This document shows, piece by piece, positions 24,600 through 38,925 of a stretch of DNA of 64,000 nt (position 1 is the first letter of the stretch; each line of letters begins with the position of its first letter). The stretch lies in NCBI RefSeq assembly GCF_009914755.1, contig NC_060929.1; one strand, given 5' to 3'. A program made the translations under genes and the position numbers. Below the pieces are notes generated by a model, which was not told where the DNA came from, ran no database searches, and worked only from the letters and a program-made list of their open reading frames with translations. This DNA comes from the human T2T-CHM13v2.0 reference genome, Homo sapiens.

Positions 24600-24850
24600 A
24601 CTTACAGTTGTGGTAGCTCATTATCAAAACTGGACTCAGCATGCCTGTGAAGGAAGCCAACACGGAGAAGTACAGAGTCAAATAGAAAGTGAGGAATGGA
24701 TTCGTGACAACCCCATGGGCATAGCCTTTGCCTGCGTTTCTCAGTTATGCCCTGTACTTTTCAATTGTGAAAGCCAATAAATTATATTTTTCACTAAGTG
24801 AGTTGAAGTTTTATTGTTGTCACTTTTGCCAGAAAGGATCCTGACTAAAT
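24600..24850 (+). mobile_element. Old MLT1 (MaLR) LTR fragment
   Basis: GAAGGAAGCCAACACGGAG...GAAAGCCAATAAATT...CACTTTTGCCAGAAAGGATCCTGACTAA. Confidence 0.5.
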
Positions 24851-27800
24851 TATTCCCAGGCAAAACTCGTCTTTCCTCAGCAGTGCTCTGATCTTTACAT
24901 ACTGTCTCTCCAGTTTTCCTGAGACCTCTGATACTTTGTACTCTTGCTTATCCACTGAGCCTGTCTCTCCTACCCAGGCTCCTCAATTAGCCTAATCTAG
25001 TCACCAAAGTCAACTGTCCTGCTCTGTTCTAGGAGGCTAGCTCCTAGGATCTACTGCCCCAGGGCACATGAACATTCAGCATTCCAATATTGTAACTATC
25101 AATGTAGTTTACACATCTATCTTCCAAAAAAGCAAAAAGTCTTATTTGTAATTGCCTGAAATAAAATATTCATTTTTATTTGTATGTTCTCCATGAATTT
25201 AATAGTTTGTTAATCTTTTCATTTCTCTTACTAAACCAAGAACTTCTTGAGGTTGTGTATATTATATTTACAATCTAAGGACCTATGCAGTGCTAGAAGA
25301 TAGACAATATTGGTTGAGTTGAAATTACTGTTAGTCATTCAATACTCTTTAATAAAGATATCTAATTTGCATATACAATTCTTTCCCTCTTGATAACATT
25401 AAGAAAATTCTACTTTATAGACAGATGAAAAACATTTCAAAAGTCAGTTTTTTATTGCCAAGAATTGGGCCCTTTCCAGTCAAAATTTTATGTTAACCTA
25501 GTTGAGATTAGACCAATAACTTAATTTGGTTTCCAAACAGAACATTTTGTTACAGCCAAAGTTGGATACATCATTCTGTGCTTTTATGTTCTTTTTTGCA
25601 GTGAGTGGAACACTTGAGATTTAAATTCTGCCTGAAAATTGGAATCATTTATTTGTGAACATGTTCTGAACACAGAAGCAAGAATGGAACATGACTAAAA
25701 GGAAACTAGGTTTCCTCTCAGGTTTTACTTGGAAGAGTTTTTTTTTTTTTCTCCTGCAGCTTTCAGAGAAATGGAAAATTGCCTATCTTCTAGTTTCTCT
25801 TCTTCACTTTTATGTACAGGAAAGCCTGGTAATCAAGGAAGGGCAGAAAACAAAGCTGAAGCACACACCCGTAATTGCAATTGCCTTTTAAAAAGGTGAG
25901 CCTTTCTACCTCTCAAACAGGTTTGACTAACAAGTCACAGATTGAGCCAAAATACAGTCCCAGTGCATTTACCTTTTCACTGTTTATGCAGTCATTTGGT
26001 AACTAATTACAAATACGTGTGTACTGCTGCTGATAGTATTTCTGTTATTACCAAAACTTCCTTCTACTGACTTCACATCAGTGTACTATCCTGTGCAACA
26101 TTTAAATGAGCAAACAGTGACAGCAGCAATACATGAGCTTGGATGCCTCTGGACTCTCATCTTTTTAGGTATAACACTAAGCAAGTTACATCTTTGAATG
26201 TCGAATCGTAAGTGGTTTTTTTACAAAGTTTGCTGGTTTGAGACTGTGACAACAATGTCCTTTCTGTACGTTTTTGAGGGGTCATTGATTTGAATATTTC
26301 TTGAAGACATAAATGTTTTAAAGACAATATTTGACAGAGATTAGTTAGGCATGAGGAGAAATTTACATTGACTGTAAATATAATTTATATTTGAGTAAAA
26401 TATAAAAAGCTTGAATAAACATGTAATTGAGCAACTGCAACGTGTCATAGTTTGCCACTGGTTTAAAAAACCACAACCCTTGGTTTAAAAAAATCAAGTG
26501 AATAAAAGCAAAATTAAGTATTTAAATGAGGAAAGCATTGATTAAGAATCCTGAAAACATTTTTATCAGGTATCGTTTGGTTTTTCTTAGAAGGACACGC
26601 TGTTGAATATCTCTTCTTCCTTGATAGTTGAGTAAATATATGTTGAAGTGGTGACAAAACATCAGTAAAATGAGATTTATCTGAGTTTTGAATTTTTTCC
26701 TTCATAATTGTCAGAGAGATTAGGTGTAGATAGAGAGAAATTGTGCTATTATTGTTTCTAAGAATATCCTAATTTTTGACAAAGGTTCATCAGAACGGGT
26801 AAGCATTTTATTACTCACTATTACTGGAAGACACTAGCTCATTGCGGCTTTATCACCATGTGCATCCTCAAGGTCTTTTCTCCCTCATAGTAGTCATCTG
26901 ATTTTGTGGTAATTAATCGCATAATGTTTGTTCTTTCTGTTAAGCTGTAAGTTTGGAAAGAATAAGAACTACTTTATTTTTATGGCTCTATTATATTATG
27001 TGGCACATAGTAGATACTCAATAAATGTTTTATTGAATGAATAAATTAACTAATAAATCAAAGTCTGGACCAATGAAGTGGATTGACCAATAATATTTTG
27101 GTAACATTTAGAAATATTTAGGATTGAGCATGCTTAGATATAGGTAGACAGCATAATTTTTTTATTATTATTATTATTCAGTAAACATTTAAAGACTGTC
27201 TACTATAATAGGGGAATGCTTATAAAGTATTTCCAGGTATGCTTTCCTCTAGAGAAGGAGGCTGTTAGAGAGATGTTTTGACTTTCTTAATTTCTGATTA
27301 GACCAGAGCTTGAACTGTAGCTCAGAGTCTTTGCCTTTCTCAGAAACCCTGTACTAACTCGGTCAAACTCTAGATGAGAATGTTAAGAGAAGTGAGATGG
27401 GAGGAAGGGCTTTAATCTTTTACCCTATTCTCAACTTTTACCTCAGAACATTCTAGAATCTGACTCATCAGAGCACTTTCATTAGGGTGTGATTATATTT
27501 TCATAGGCTGGCTTTTATATATTTTTAATTTTTAAGTATATTTTTGTTTGTTGTTGCTATTAGAAAAAAAAACCCTCCTTTCAGGGCAAGCAACTTTTTG
27601 CACATTTTGAAAAAATACAATTAACCTTGATATAAGTTTCCTCTTCATTTAACAATGCTGTCTTTTTCCATTTTTTATTCTTAGCAATAGAAAAGAAATT
27701 TTCCTTCAGAATGAATTCCATTTTTTTTCAAGGTTTAAAAAGAGTGGCAGAAAATTTAAAAAAGCAAGAAGCAATATTAAATTCCAGCCCAAGGAACATT

Positions 27801-29042
27801 TTCACAATGGTTGCATACAATTCTAGACGTAGATGTTTATGATGGAAAATCTGATGTATTTTCACTCCACAGAATCACAGGAAGTAGTACTACAATTCTA
27901 TTCATTCATTTTCCCCAAAACGAATTATTAGGATTAAACCCAAAAGGAAGGTTACACAGGCAAGGGGGAAAGAGAGAATCTACTGATTTCTCCATCACCA
28001 TAAATTAACAGCATATAATAATGAATATAAAAGGGCCATCTGTGCACCTCAGAGAAAGAATCTACTCAAGTCCATGAGCCCCTAAAGCAAAACGAAAAGC
28101 ACTTAATAAACAAATACTGCATACTCAAAGCATTGTGCTTAGGATGAAGGCCATTGCTGCTTTGTACGTCTTTGTTATTCTGCAAAAATGTGTGCTTGGG
28201 ATGGATGATAATGCTTCTTGCTAAATAAATGTAAGGTAGAATAGTGAATATTCCATTTTGTCCAGAGCAGATCCCCTGCAAAGAAAATGAAGGCTGTTAA
28301 AAATGCCTCCTGCAACTTTTGGAGGTGGGAACAACTACTAATGCATCAATTAGTTGCCTTATCTTCCATTCCTTTTGTACTAAATAATATGAACAATTAA
28401 CTCTCATCGAACCATACCTGAAATATCTCTGGACAATGAATGGCACTTATAGGAGCCAACATTATTTCTGAAGATGTATGTATTTTTTAAATTTCTACTA
28501 AAACTTTTCCAGTGCAGAAGTTTCTGGCAAAATAGCCAATGCATGTTTCACTAAACAGAAACAGATATCTTTTTCAGAGAATTTTTTTCTTCATGCATCA
28601 GTTGGCTTTTTAAAACTACTGGTATTAAGTATACTTAATCTTTGAAACTTTATTAGAAAATGTAGAAGCTTCATACTACATATCTGTCTCTAAAACAAGA
28701 CTTTCAAATATGAGTTTGAATTTAAAATTGAGCAAAATCCTAAGTGTAAAACATAAACATTTAAAAATTATTAAAAAATTTCTTAAGGTATGACTTTTGA
28801 ATATAGTAATATTCAAAATATTTTCTTGAAATACTTTATAATGTTGCTGAGTTAAGCACAAATATATTTAAATATTAAAAAGGTTTAAATCTTATGAGCA
28901 TCATGCAATCACTTTATTATCAACAATTACTGAGAGGCTATGATGTACAAGATATTGCATAAGATGAACTTAATTGAGTCAATGAGGACCTCTTCACAAA
29001 ATGCTTTTAGTCCTGCATGACAGAGACATTTTAAATAGAGAC

Positions 29043-29094
29043 ATATATAAATATATATATATATATATACACATATATATATACACACACACAC
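29043..29094. repeat. Compound (TA)n(CA)n microsatellite
   Basis: ATATATATATATATATATACACATATATATATACACACACACACA visible. Confidence 0.9.
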
Positions 29095-29218
29095 AAATAA
29101 GGTTCATATCAATTAAAAAAACTATGGCTATTAAGAGAAAGGAGAGGTTATTTAAATTATGGGAACCAGGGAACTGGATAAAGCTATAGATTTAGCAGTC
29201 ATAAATCTGGATTCATTG

Positions 29219-29372
29219 TCTCACGCCTGTAATTCCAGCTACTCAGAAGCTTGAGGCGAGAGGATTGCTTGAGCCCAGTAGTTGAGGCTGCAGTGAGCTA
29301 TGATAATACCACTGCACTCCAGCCTGGGCAACAGAATGAGACTCTGTCGCTAAGAAAAACAACAGAAAAAAG
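29219..29372 (+). mobile_element. Alu monomer (FRAM or AluJ right arm)
   Basis: CGCCTGTAATTCCAGCTACTC...GGATTGCTTGAGCCCAG...GAGGCTGCAGTGAGCTATGAT...CTGCACTCCAGCCTGGGCAACAGA followed by an A-rich tail. Confidence 0.88.
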
Positions 29373-32300
29373 GAAATAATAATTGTGCTTAAAAAAACTA
29401 TTTAAAAAATATTTTTTACTAGAATTTTTCTTCTATGCATATGTCATTAATAAAATTGCTCATTTGTTTTCTTTCTGCGATCATTCATTATGAAATCACC
29501 ACTGAATAACCAAAGGAGTTTGTTTTCTTACAATTTCAGGCTTGATGTAGCTAGTCTTCACTTAGATGCAAATATTGGTTATCTATGTTTTGACGGAAAA
29601 AAATCCTTTTATTTAGATAGCTTAGGATGTTTTGTTTTTCTCCACCAAAGTTCCTGACTGATTGAACAAACCCGTCATGACCATAACTGTTATTGATAGA
29701 TGATAGCTCTCGTGTTGCCTGAAACAGCAGCAAATTTATTCTGTCTGTTCTGGAGCCCTCTGTAAACTCTCATGAGTATAAAGTACTTGTTTCCTTTTCC
29801 CTTTCCCTTCTTTATTAATTGTTTTCCCTTTCTCCATTTTTTTAAATGCCATTATAAAAATTTTCTGCAGTTTATATACCAGAAGCTACAACATCAAATT
29901 TTATTAAGGATATCAGACTCTGCTTCATTTTGAATTCATTTTGAATTCAGAGATAATGCCAAATGCAATCTCTAGCTCAATGCAAAGTACTTCCAAGTGT
30001 GACTATCTAATCCATTTTGGGGGGAGGGTATAATCAGATACAGTGATTGTAGTAAGTGAATAATTTCTTTGTCCACAGATAATTCACCAGAGCAAATATG
30101 CACCACCTGTGTATCTCTACTAACAGAGTTTTATTATAACAACTAATTATTCTGGATGTTCTGTATATTTGGCTCATTATGAGACAAACATTCAAGGCCA
30201 GGGAAAATATAGCATAACATACATGCCTTAAACAAACTACTAAGGAAGATGTGGCCACATCCTGATTTAAGATTCTGAGTATTTGAACTCAATCATGGCA
30301 ATAGAATAAGATTTGGAAATGATGATTTCACCAGGTCACTTGATATTAAGAAATCTATGGTAGTTTTCAGTTGTGTTCTTCTTTAATCTTAAACATTCCA
30401 ATATATACTGAAACGCAACTGCGACTCTGTTGATCTGCTGCTTTTGTTTCTTTTCATGCACTGGGGGGAGTTTTGCTTAAAGAAAATTCACCTGTTAAGT
30501 TGCTCCTGACTTTAGGATATCTTTCCACTCAAATTTTTCTTCCAGGATACCAGTTTATATTCTTTCCTGTGACTTAGGTTTCACCTTTTGTAGGATGTTT
30601 GATTAAAATTTACTTGCCCCAAACCTTTCCAGGTTACCAGTCTCACATTTCTTCCTCTTTGTTCCAGAATTCCTTCAGCACATAGGGATGGAAATCTGTG
30701 TTTCTGATTTCCTTTGTCTTTGTCATTCAGATTTAAATCCCAAGTAATCTCTTCTACATGTATTGTATTATCCCAAGACACATGTTACACAGAAATGTGG
30801 AGATGGTGAATTATCATAAATGATGCCTGATGGACCAATTTAATGAAGAGTTCATCATTACCCCCTTGTTTTTAAGAATTCCCATACATATGGCATTTTG
30901 CTGGACCACTTTTGTTCACAGACCCATAGAAACTGTTTTGAATGTGATGATTATTGGGGATTGACTTCTCTTCTTAATAATTCATTTTGTAATCACAGTC
31001 TCTTACATATGTTCTTCCCCTTCCCCTGGGTGGTAAGGGTCAGAGGGATCAGATTCTCACAGAGTGAGAGTGCTCTCTTTCTAAGATTCCCATCACTGAC
31101 TGGAATAATAAGTGAAGCTCACATGCAGGATGTGTAACGTCTAATTAACATGAACATGTAATTTAGTTACCTCTGGATATACATTCCTGGATCTAAGACT
31201 GGTTGTAAGGGAGAGAGAACAATTGTATTTTTATCCAGATAGTTACTGTTAGTGCCTGGTTATTACCTAGAACTCCTTGTCCATGTTTCAGCTGAGAATA
31301 GTTGCTCCCAGTAGACCAGGAGTTCCTTTCAGGCCCTGGAATTCAAGTGACTTCCCTGCTAAAGCCCCAGTAGGAGGTGCCCAAGAGTATCTGAGGGCAG
31401 GGTTTAGACACTTGTGAGTTACAGCCTGTCAGTTTCAGGCTTCACATTTGTTGTTCTTAGTTCCCAAGTGGCAAGTATTGCCTCTGTCCTGCTGACCGCA
31501 CTGTCTTGTGGACATAAGACAAACGGTTCCAGGTTCTCTGTTAGCCTAGCAAGAGCATTTTTAAAACTCAGTTCCTTTCTGACCATTTTGAGTTCATGGA
31601 ACTATATTGACAAAATCTGTAGATTCACCATCTACATGTCTTCAATGATTAATTTTTAAAAACCCTGGTGGTTATTGATTTTTATCCAGCAGCCCCTTCC
31701 ACACCTGACATATACCATCCCTTACCACGTTAATAATTAGACATACCTCCATTGAAAGCATGTTTGATTAGCTACACAACAATTTTTGTCATAAGCCAAA
31801 ATTAAAAATGATAAGGTTGTATAAAACTGTACTTTTCTCTTAACGTCCAAGCAGGAAATAACGATCTAATGTCATGCCTCCTAAGCTAAACATTGTCCTT
31901 AGTTCTAAATATAATAATATTCAAGGTTACTCTGAAGATTAAAGCTCTTGAGTTAGGATCATCCACTCACGAAAATTATACTTTGACAACACCAGGTTAT
32001 CTTAAACCCTTTATCCTTAAATATAAGGAAATTAATCAAAATCAAATGGACTAAGCTCTTCTGTCCATGGAGAGTTTTGATCTTTATCCCGAATGCCCCT
32101 CAGGATGCCACATTGAGGTTTACAAGAATTTTGCTCTAGTCGACTCCTACAGGGATACCACTTGATGGTGATACTGCTACAATACATGAATTACTGGGTT
32201 GTCAAAGTGCCAAGTCCTTGCCTGGGATTGATTCTCCACTGTATTTCAGTGGGTCCCTAATAAATGTCTTTATTTCTACCTTTCAAAATAAGTGAAAAAG

Positions 32301-32450
32301 GATCATATAGTACTCTTCTGTACCTAGAAAAGTCAAACTACACATTTTTTTTTCTCAACAAAAAGCCTATCTAGTATACATCAAACAATTGTTATTGGTT
32401 TCTGTATTTTCTTCTAATTCTTACCCGTGCAGGTTGTTAGGATAGGAACT

Positions 32451-32820
32451 TGTATTCATTTACTAAGCCTGCCATAACAAAGTACCACAAACTGGGTGAC
32501 CTAACAGAAATGTATTTCTCACAGTTGTGGAGGCTAGAAGTCCAGGATAGGTGTGTTAGTAGGGTTGATTTCTTCTGAGGCCTCCCTCCTTGGCTTGTAA
32601 ATGGTCGTCTTCACCTCCCTCTCTTTACATTGTCTTCACTCTGCATTTGTCTACGTCTAATCTTCACAAGTCAAATTCAGTTAGGGCCCACTGTAGTGAC
32701 CTTATTTTAATTTCATTACCTTTTTAAAGACCTTGTGTCCAAACACAGTCACTTTCTAACACTTTGGGTGTCAGGACTTCAACATATGAATTTTGGGGGA
32801 ATAGAATTTAGTCCATAAGA
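32451..32820 (-). mobile_element. MLT1B-type MaLR solo LTR
   Basis: TGTATT...TGCCATAACAAAGTACCACAAACTGGGTG...GACTTCAACATATGAATTTTGGGGG; TSD GAACT/GAGCT (4/5). Confidence 0.85.
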
Positions 32821-34320
32821 GAGCTCTAGAAAGGCGGGAACATGTCTTTAAAGTAGTTACATATATTGCTCCACAAAATATAGAGACAGCTACAATTATT
32901 CATTTATTAAAAACAAACTCAGGAAGAAAGAACAAAAATACAGCATTGTGTTTTAGGTGGCTATATTTAATATTCAAATTCTAGAAAGCATAAAATGAAA
33001 CATTCACATAATATTCTTTCGATTTCTGTGGACATTTGATTAAATCACTGCTCGTAGGTTTCAAAGGAAACTTTTGGGTCTATTTATCATATCTGAGGAA
33101 TCAAGAAGTACAGGAATTGTATAACTCATATGATGTCAAACTGATGAAAACCTACTCCAGTGTGTAAGTCTTCATAGTGAAATGAGCATGAATTTTTCTG
33201 TTGGAGTGCTGAATATTTATACTTGTTTGATTAATTCAAGTTTATTTAGTCAGGGGAGATACAGAAAAAAATGGCGATTTTCTTGAGAGGAAAGAACTTA
33301 TTTTATGGAATTAGTATTTTAGATAACTTTTGGGGTTCTAATTTGAGCTTTAACTTCCTTCTTTATTTGCATGACTGTACTAGCGACACTGCTAAGCAGT
33401 GCCACAATGTGCAATTGTCTAGTTGATACAGGAAAGTAACCCTATGTGGATTTTTTTTGTCTGGATTGCTATGTTTTAAGCTTGTAATTAAGTATGAAGC
33501 CCATTTATTTTTCTGCTTTGTATCTGATTTTTGTTTTCTTTAAAAAGTCACAATATATCAAATGATACTTAACAAATGTTGAGTCAATTGCAAAAATAAT
33601 TAATTGCCTATGGCCCACTTACACAAATTAAAATGACAAGGAATCAGTAAAGACAAGATATGTGTAAGGCGTATGATTTCCCTAAAAGCTAAGTGACCAA
33701 TGAGTAAGAAAACTCACACATAACCCAAAGTAGGTTAGATAATTAACAAGATTGGGAAAAATTCTAAGAAGCATTGCATCTTCCCAATGTAAAATAATTT
33801 TCATTAATTAATTAAGATCCACGAACAATCTAGGATGTTTAGCTTTATTTATTGCTCTATTGGAAGAGCAAAATTTAAAAAAATCTCCTGTATTTTAATG
33901 TATTCTCTCAGACATTTCATTTGTGTGACCAGCGCAAATCTCTGTATCTACTATTTAAAGATTTGTCCCACCACTTTTTAGACAATTTATGGATCTTTAA
34001 AAGTCATGAGAAAGAGGAAAAATTTCAACTAATTGTTACATAATTGCTTCCTTCAATATTAAAAGTTTTTTGGCACTCAACATAGCAAGATACTGTCTTA
34101 CAGAAATAAAGAAAACTTTAAAAAATTAAGAAAAATAAAAAGATAAGACATTACTCATTTGTATATTTAAAAGAAGAGATTTTAGAATTTGCTCTAAATT
34201 GTTTACTGACTGTTCTTCATAGCCAGTTGGTCCACTAATATTGTGAACTACTAAGATGTCATTTTAGGCTTTTGCTAAGAAGACCTTCTCACCTTCTGAT
34301 GCTCTTACCTTTAAAGTTCC

Positions 34321-35117
34321 TGCTATTTTTTTGAATGTTTGTTCCCTGCCCACCCCCTGCCACCTCACCAACCACTTCCAAATGTATATATTAAAATCCT
34401 AATCCCCAATGTGACAATATTTAGAGATGGGGCATTTGGGAGATGATTAGGTCATGGGGGCTCTCTTAGTTTATTTTCTGCGGCTCTTAACAAAATACTT
34501 GAAACTGGGTGATTTATAAAGAAAAGGAATTTATTTATTCTAGTTACAGATGCTAAGAAGTCCAAGGTTGAGAGGCTGCATCAGAATATCTGATGAGAGT
34601 TTTTTTTGCTGGTGGAGACTTTCCACAGAGTCCCAAGGCAGTGAAAGGTATCATATGGCAAGGGGGCTGAGCAGGCTAACCTGAAGATCTCTCTCTTTTT
34701 ATAAAGCCACTAGTCCCACCCTAATGATTCCTTGTTAATCCATTAACCAATGAACCCATTAATCCACAAATGGGTTAATCCGTACATGAGGGCAAAGCCC
34801 TCATGGCCCTATCACCTCTTAAAGGCCCTGCCTATTCATACTGTTACATTGGCAATTGAATTTCAATATAAGTTTTTGGAATGGATGAATATTCAAACCA
34901 TAGCTGGGGTAGAGCCCACACACATGGAATTAATGCCCTTACAAAAGAGGCCCTAGAGATACCCCTATCTCCTTCCACCATGTGGGGACACAATAAGAAA
35001 GATCCAGAAAGCTAGCCCTCAACAGAACCCAAATTTCTATGAGAAATAAATGCCTGTTGTTTACAAGCCACCCAAGTATGGGTTACCTTATTATAGCAGC
35101 CTGAACAGACCAAGACA
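34321..35117 (+). mobile_element. MLT1A-type LTR split by an MST LTR
   Basis: 5' half TGCTAT...GGGAGATGATTAGGTCATG; 3' half AGAGCCC...GAGAAATAAATGCCTGTTGTTTACAAGCCACCC...AGACCAAGACA. Confidence 0.75.
34462..34905 (-). mobile_element. MSTC-like MaLR LTR nested in MLT1A
   Basis: TCTCTTAGT...AACTGGGTGATTTATAAAGAAAAGGAATTTAT...TCACCTCTTAAAGGCCC...ATTCAAACCATAGC; TSD GGGGC (34457-34461) / GGGGT (34906-34910). Confidence 0.82.
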
Positions 35118-37527
35118 GTTAAAATAATCACAATTCCTCTACCATATACTCTAGTGGGTATGTACATACAGTCCTCGCCCTCCCCGTGTAAAATTGGTTG
35201 AAGTTATGGAATTGGTTATTGCGGAAGCTATTGGATGGGTTTTTCTTTTGAAAATGTTCAATACTTTCTGAATTTATTAAAGAAATGTAATTAAAAGTTA
35301 TAATTAATCTAATTAACACAGCCAATTAGACTGTAATCCTTTCTTGCCTTGTCTCTGTGTGTTCTTGAACAGTGTTGAAAAGGAAAATACAGATTAGGCA
35401 GCGTATATTACAAATATTACAGTTGTGGTTTCATGAATGTATATGCATGTATTTTGGTGTGAAAAATGGAAAAAGTAAGAGAATAAATCACATAGTTATT
35501 AAAAGGGTTTGAATGTTCAGGTGCAGGAGTAATTCCTTTATCATTTATTAATACATCTTTTATTCATCAATTCATTCATTCTTTATTTTCTCTATTTCCC
35601 CATTAATTCATGAAAAATGTGTCTATGTTATGTTTATTATTTGTCATACTAGGTGCAGGTGACATAATGATTAATGAGATAAGCATTTTATGAAGTATGA
35701 AGTTTCGTACCAAATAAAAATTGAAATCTAATAAATACCAGTTCCTAAGAGCCTGGACAAAGGCATGAAGGAAAAATTTTCCTCTACTGAAGAAAGCAGA
35801 GCCAGACGTAATAAGCTCTTTACCTCAAGAGCAGAGCTCCTTGTGGTTGGCAAAACACAGGCTTTATCTGAACTGAAACCTTAGTTAATCAAGAGATTTT
35901 CTCTTACTCAAAGCCATAACCTTTTCTGGATAATAAGGATAAGTATTTTCCAAAGGTATAATTGGTATTAAAACTGAATTTTAATATCTCAAAGGGATCT
36001 TATCTTTAGTTCAAATGTAAGACTATCCAATAGTTGCTGTAGGTCTGAATTGCTAATTCAGAGACCTTCCCAGATTTGAAGATGCACTAGAACCTTTAGC
36101 AATATCCTTGGTCTTTGATTAAGTTGCCCAAAACCATGATTTTGTCTTGCCTTTATTTTCTGACAGAATTTCAGGTCAGCGTAAATTTAGTTGGGGATAA
36201 CTCTGAAATGAGGAAGAATCATTGGAGGTACTAGCCTACAAAGATTTACTGAAACTTTAAAAAGATCTTAAATCACACTGAAATCTAGGCACTTCTAGAG
36301 AGGCACTATTATCAGGTTCATGGCAAAATCTAGAAAAGTGAAGCAACATGGCCTGCTGTTTTGTTTTGTTCTGTTCAGATTTCATGTCCTAGAGATTGGC
36401 AAGCAACTTAGTGGAGTTTTAATTTAACCTTTGGAAAATCAGAAAAAAACTCTGATAACTTATATTTTTAAAGCTCCAAATGTCAGCTAGAAAAGAATGA
36501 TACTTATTTCCCTCCTATTAACATATAGGCGTGCTATATTAAAACAAAATCTATAATACCTCTAACATTGAACTCTGTCACATAAGGAAACAGAATAACT
36601 GCTGTTATGTTTAATAATAAAGGATCTGTATAATAATTTTTATTATAATAGCCATTAAGTAATTTTATTTTCTTTCCTTGATGAAAAATACACATGTGTA
36701 GAATAATGTGTTAGGTTTACAAAACTAGACAGGGTTCTTTCCTTATAATACCAAGGTCATAGACAGCTTATGCTTATGATTACATACAAAAGTAACAAAT
36801 GCTTTTTTATTTACTAAAGGGAATTAACCATTTTAAAACAGATAAGTCAAGCAAAGGCTGAATTGAGCAGGAAATGGTCGAAGGTCTCTCACACATCATT
36901 GGCTCAGATTCCCAAAAGGGATAGTTTTCAACATAAAAGTGAATTTTCATAGACTTAGAGCTGGGGAAACAAATGCTTATATCTGGAGAAGTTTAGCTAC
37001 AAAGACCCCTGGATGGAAGAGTAAAAATAGATAATACTAATCTACAAATATATGCATCACACTTTGATAAATACCTCCCCCAAGATGGCTTCATATTAGC
37101 CCATTTTATAGATAAAGAGCTTTGGCAATGCATCAGGCAATATTGTGGAGTCAGAATTGGAACTGATGCAGTCTGACTACAGAACCCAAACACTTAATAT
37201 CTACTCTAAGGAAAAATAAATAAATTATTGAGCAAGTGAGCCATGCTTTGATAGAGGGATAGAGTGGACCAGATTGCCAAGTATGATTGACATGTATAAT
37301 AATCACTATCTGTCATTTACATTGGTTTAGGACATAGAACATTGTTAAAGAGTATCTCTCCAGGAGTTTTCAACATGCCTTGACAGAAAATAAGGGGGGC
37401 AGGGCATCTATACTGACAGGATATGTGGGTTGGTGAATTGAACAAATAATCACAATTCAGATGTCTTAGGTTTGCATCCTGAATTTTCTGTATACCAAAA
37501 CCCATATGAGAGTTATGAAAATATGCT

Positions 37528-37894
37528 TGTATTAGTTTGTTCCCCTGCTGATAATAAAGACATATCTGAGACTGGGTAACTTATGAAGGAAAGAGATTTA
37601 ATGGACTCACAGTTCCACATGGCAGGGGAGGCCTCACAATCTGGCAGAAAGTAAGGAAGAGCAAGTCACATCTTACATGGATAGCAGCAGGCAAAGAGAG
37701 AAACTGTGCAGGGAAACTCCCCCTTATAAAACCATCAGATCTCATGAGACTTCTTCCCTATTATGAGAACAGCATGGGAAAGACCTGCCCTTATTATTCA
37801 ATTACCTCCCACTGGGTCCCTCTCATAACATGTGGGATTGTGGGAGCTACAATTCAAGATGAGATTTGGCTGGGTACACAGCCAAACCATATCA
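37528..37894 (-). mobile_element. THE1B/C MaLR solo LTR with perfect 5-bp TSD
   Basis: TGTATTAGTTTGTT...GCTGATAATAAAGACATA...ACAGCCAAACCATATCA; TSD ATGCT at 37523-37527 and 37895-37899. Confidence 0.93.
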
Positions 37895-37946
37895 ATGCTC
37901 TACAGCCCTTCAACTATAGAGAGAATAATTCACCAAGGATCCCCGG

Positions 37947-38925
37947 CAGGGCCAACTAAATAATTTGTAGGGACTTAAATGAAAATATGAGGCCCTTGTT
38001 CAAAAGGCAGAAAAAGTGTCAATAAAGGTAATAAAATCTACCTCTTTTTTTTTCTTCTGCAGTCCCTGTCTTGATTTCTTCATGATTTTTGAAGAAATTG
38101 ATATTTAATGTTGTTCTAAGTCAAGGAAAATTAAAATCTACAATTACTATTGAATTTCACTGTTCATCTTTATGCTGTGCAATGCCTGTTTTAAATGCAA
38201 ATATAAGAGCATTTAACTTTTTTGCAGGATAACTTACATTCATTCATATTTTGTAATTTGTACATGTGTATGTATTTTGATCTTACCAGAAAGACGCAAA
38301 TTACACAAAAGCAACTCAAAGGTTTTTATTTCACTCTTGATACACATGCATCCTACTAACATTTTCTACCTTCAGTTTATAGATGAGTAAGGAAGGACTA
38401 AAAGAAAAAGGAACTAGGCTGCCCTACCTTCCTATTTCTACATTATCATTTTCAGCATAAGTCATGGATTAACATAGAGTAGAAACAAAAATTATGATAT
38501 GATTCCTTGGTCATTCATGTTTCTTAGGATGCCTTCCCTTGTTTCTCAGTTTGAAGCAAATTCTGATTAGTGGCATCTTGGCCACTCACTGTCAGTGCTT
38601 CTGCTTGCTCAGTTGTATACATAATAAAATTACTTTGCACTGGTTTGGGTCTTACTTGAACTTCCTTACCTTGTGGACCTACCAGAATTTTTTGCTCATG
38701 GGGCATCATGAACCCCATATGTGAATGCGGCAGCAAGCAATGGCAGACATACATATTGCATATGCTTCTGTTTGTGCACACTCTCCATTGTTCCATTGGA
38801 TTTCACTTGTGAAATACAAGTTCAAAGATAAAATAACAAAGAATCTCAAGATAAGAGCAGAGCACTAAAACAAGTGTGGGGTCTTCTGTAACTGCACAAG
38901 CCACATGCCTGTGAAGCTGTCATTG
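37947..38925 (+). mobile_element. MER45B hAT-Tip100 DNA transposon (~1 kb)
   Basis: 5' CAGGGCCAACTAAATAATTTGTAGGG...AAAATATGAGGCCCTTGTTCAAAA; 3' CTGCACAAGCCACATGCCTGTGAAGCTGTCATTG; TCCCC flanks both sides. Confidence 0.8.

Noticed and set aside
26459-26493. TGGTTTAAAAAA repeated twice (also CATTTTGAATT x2 near 29926)
   Set aside because: Short low-complexity duplicates expected in AT-rich DNA.
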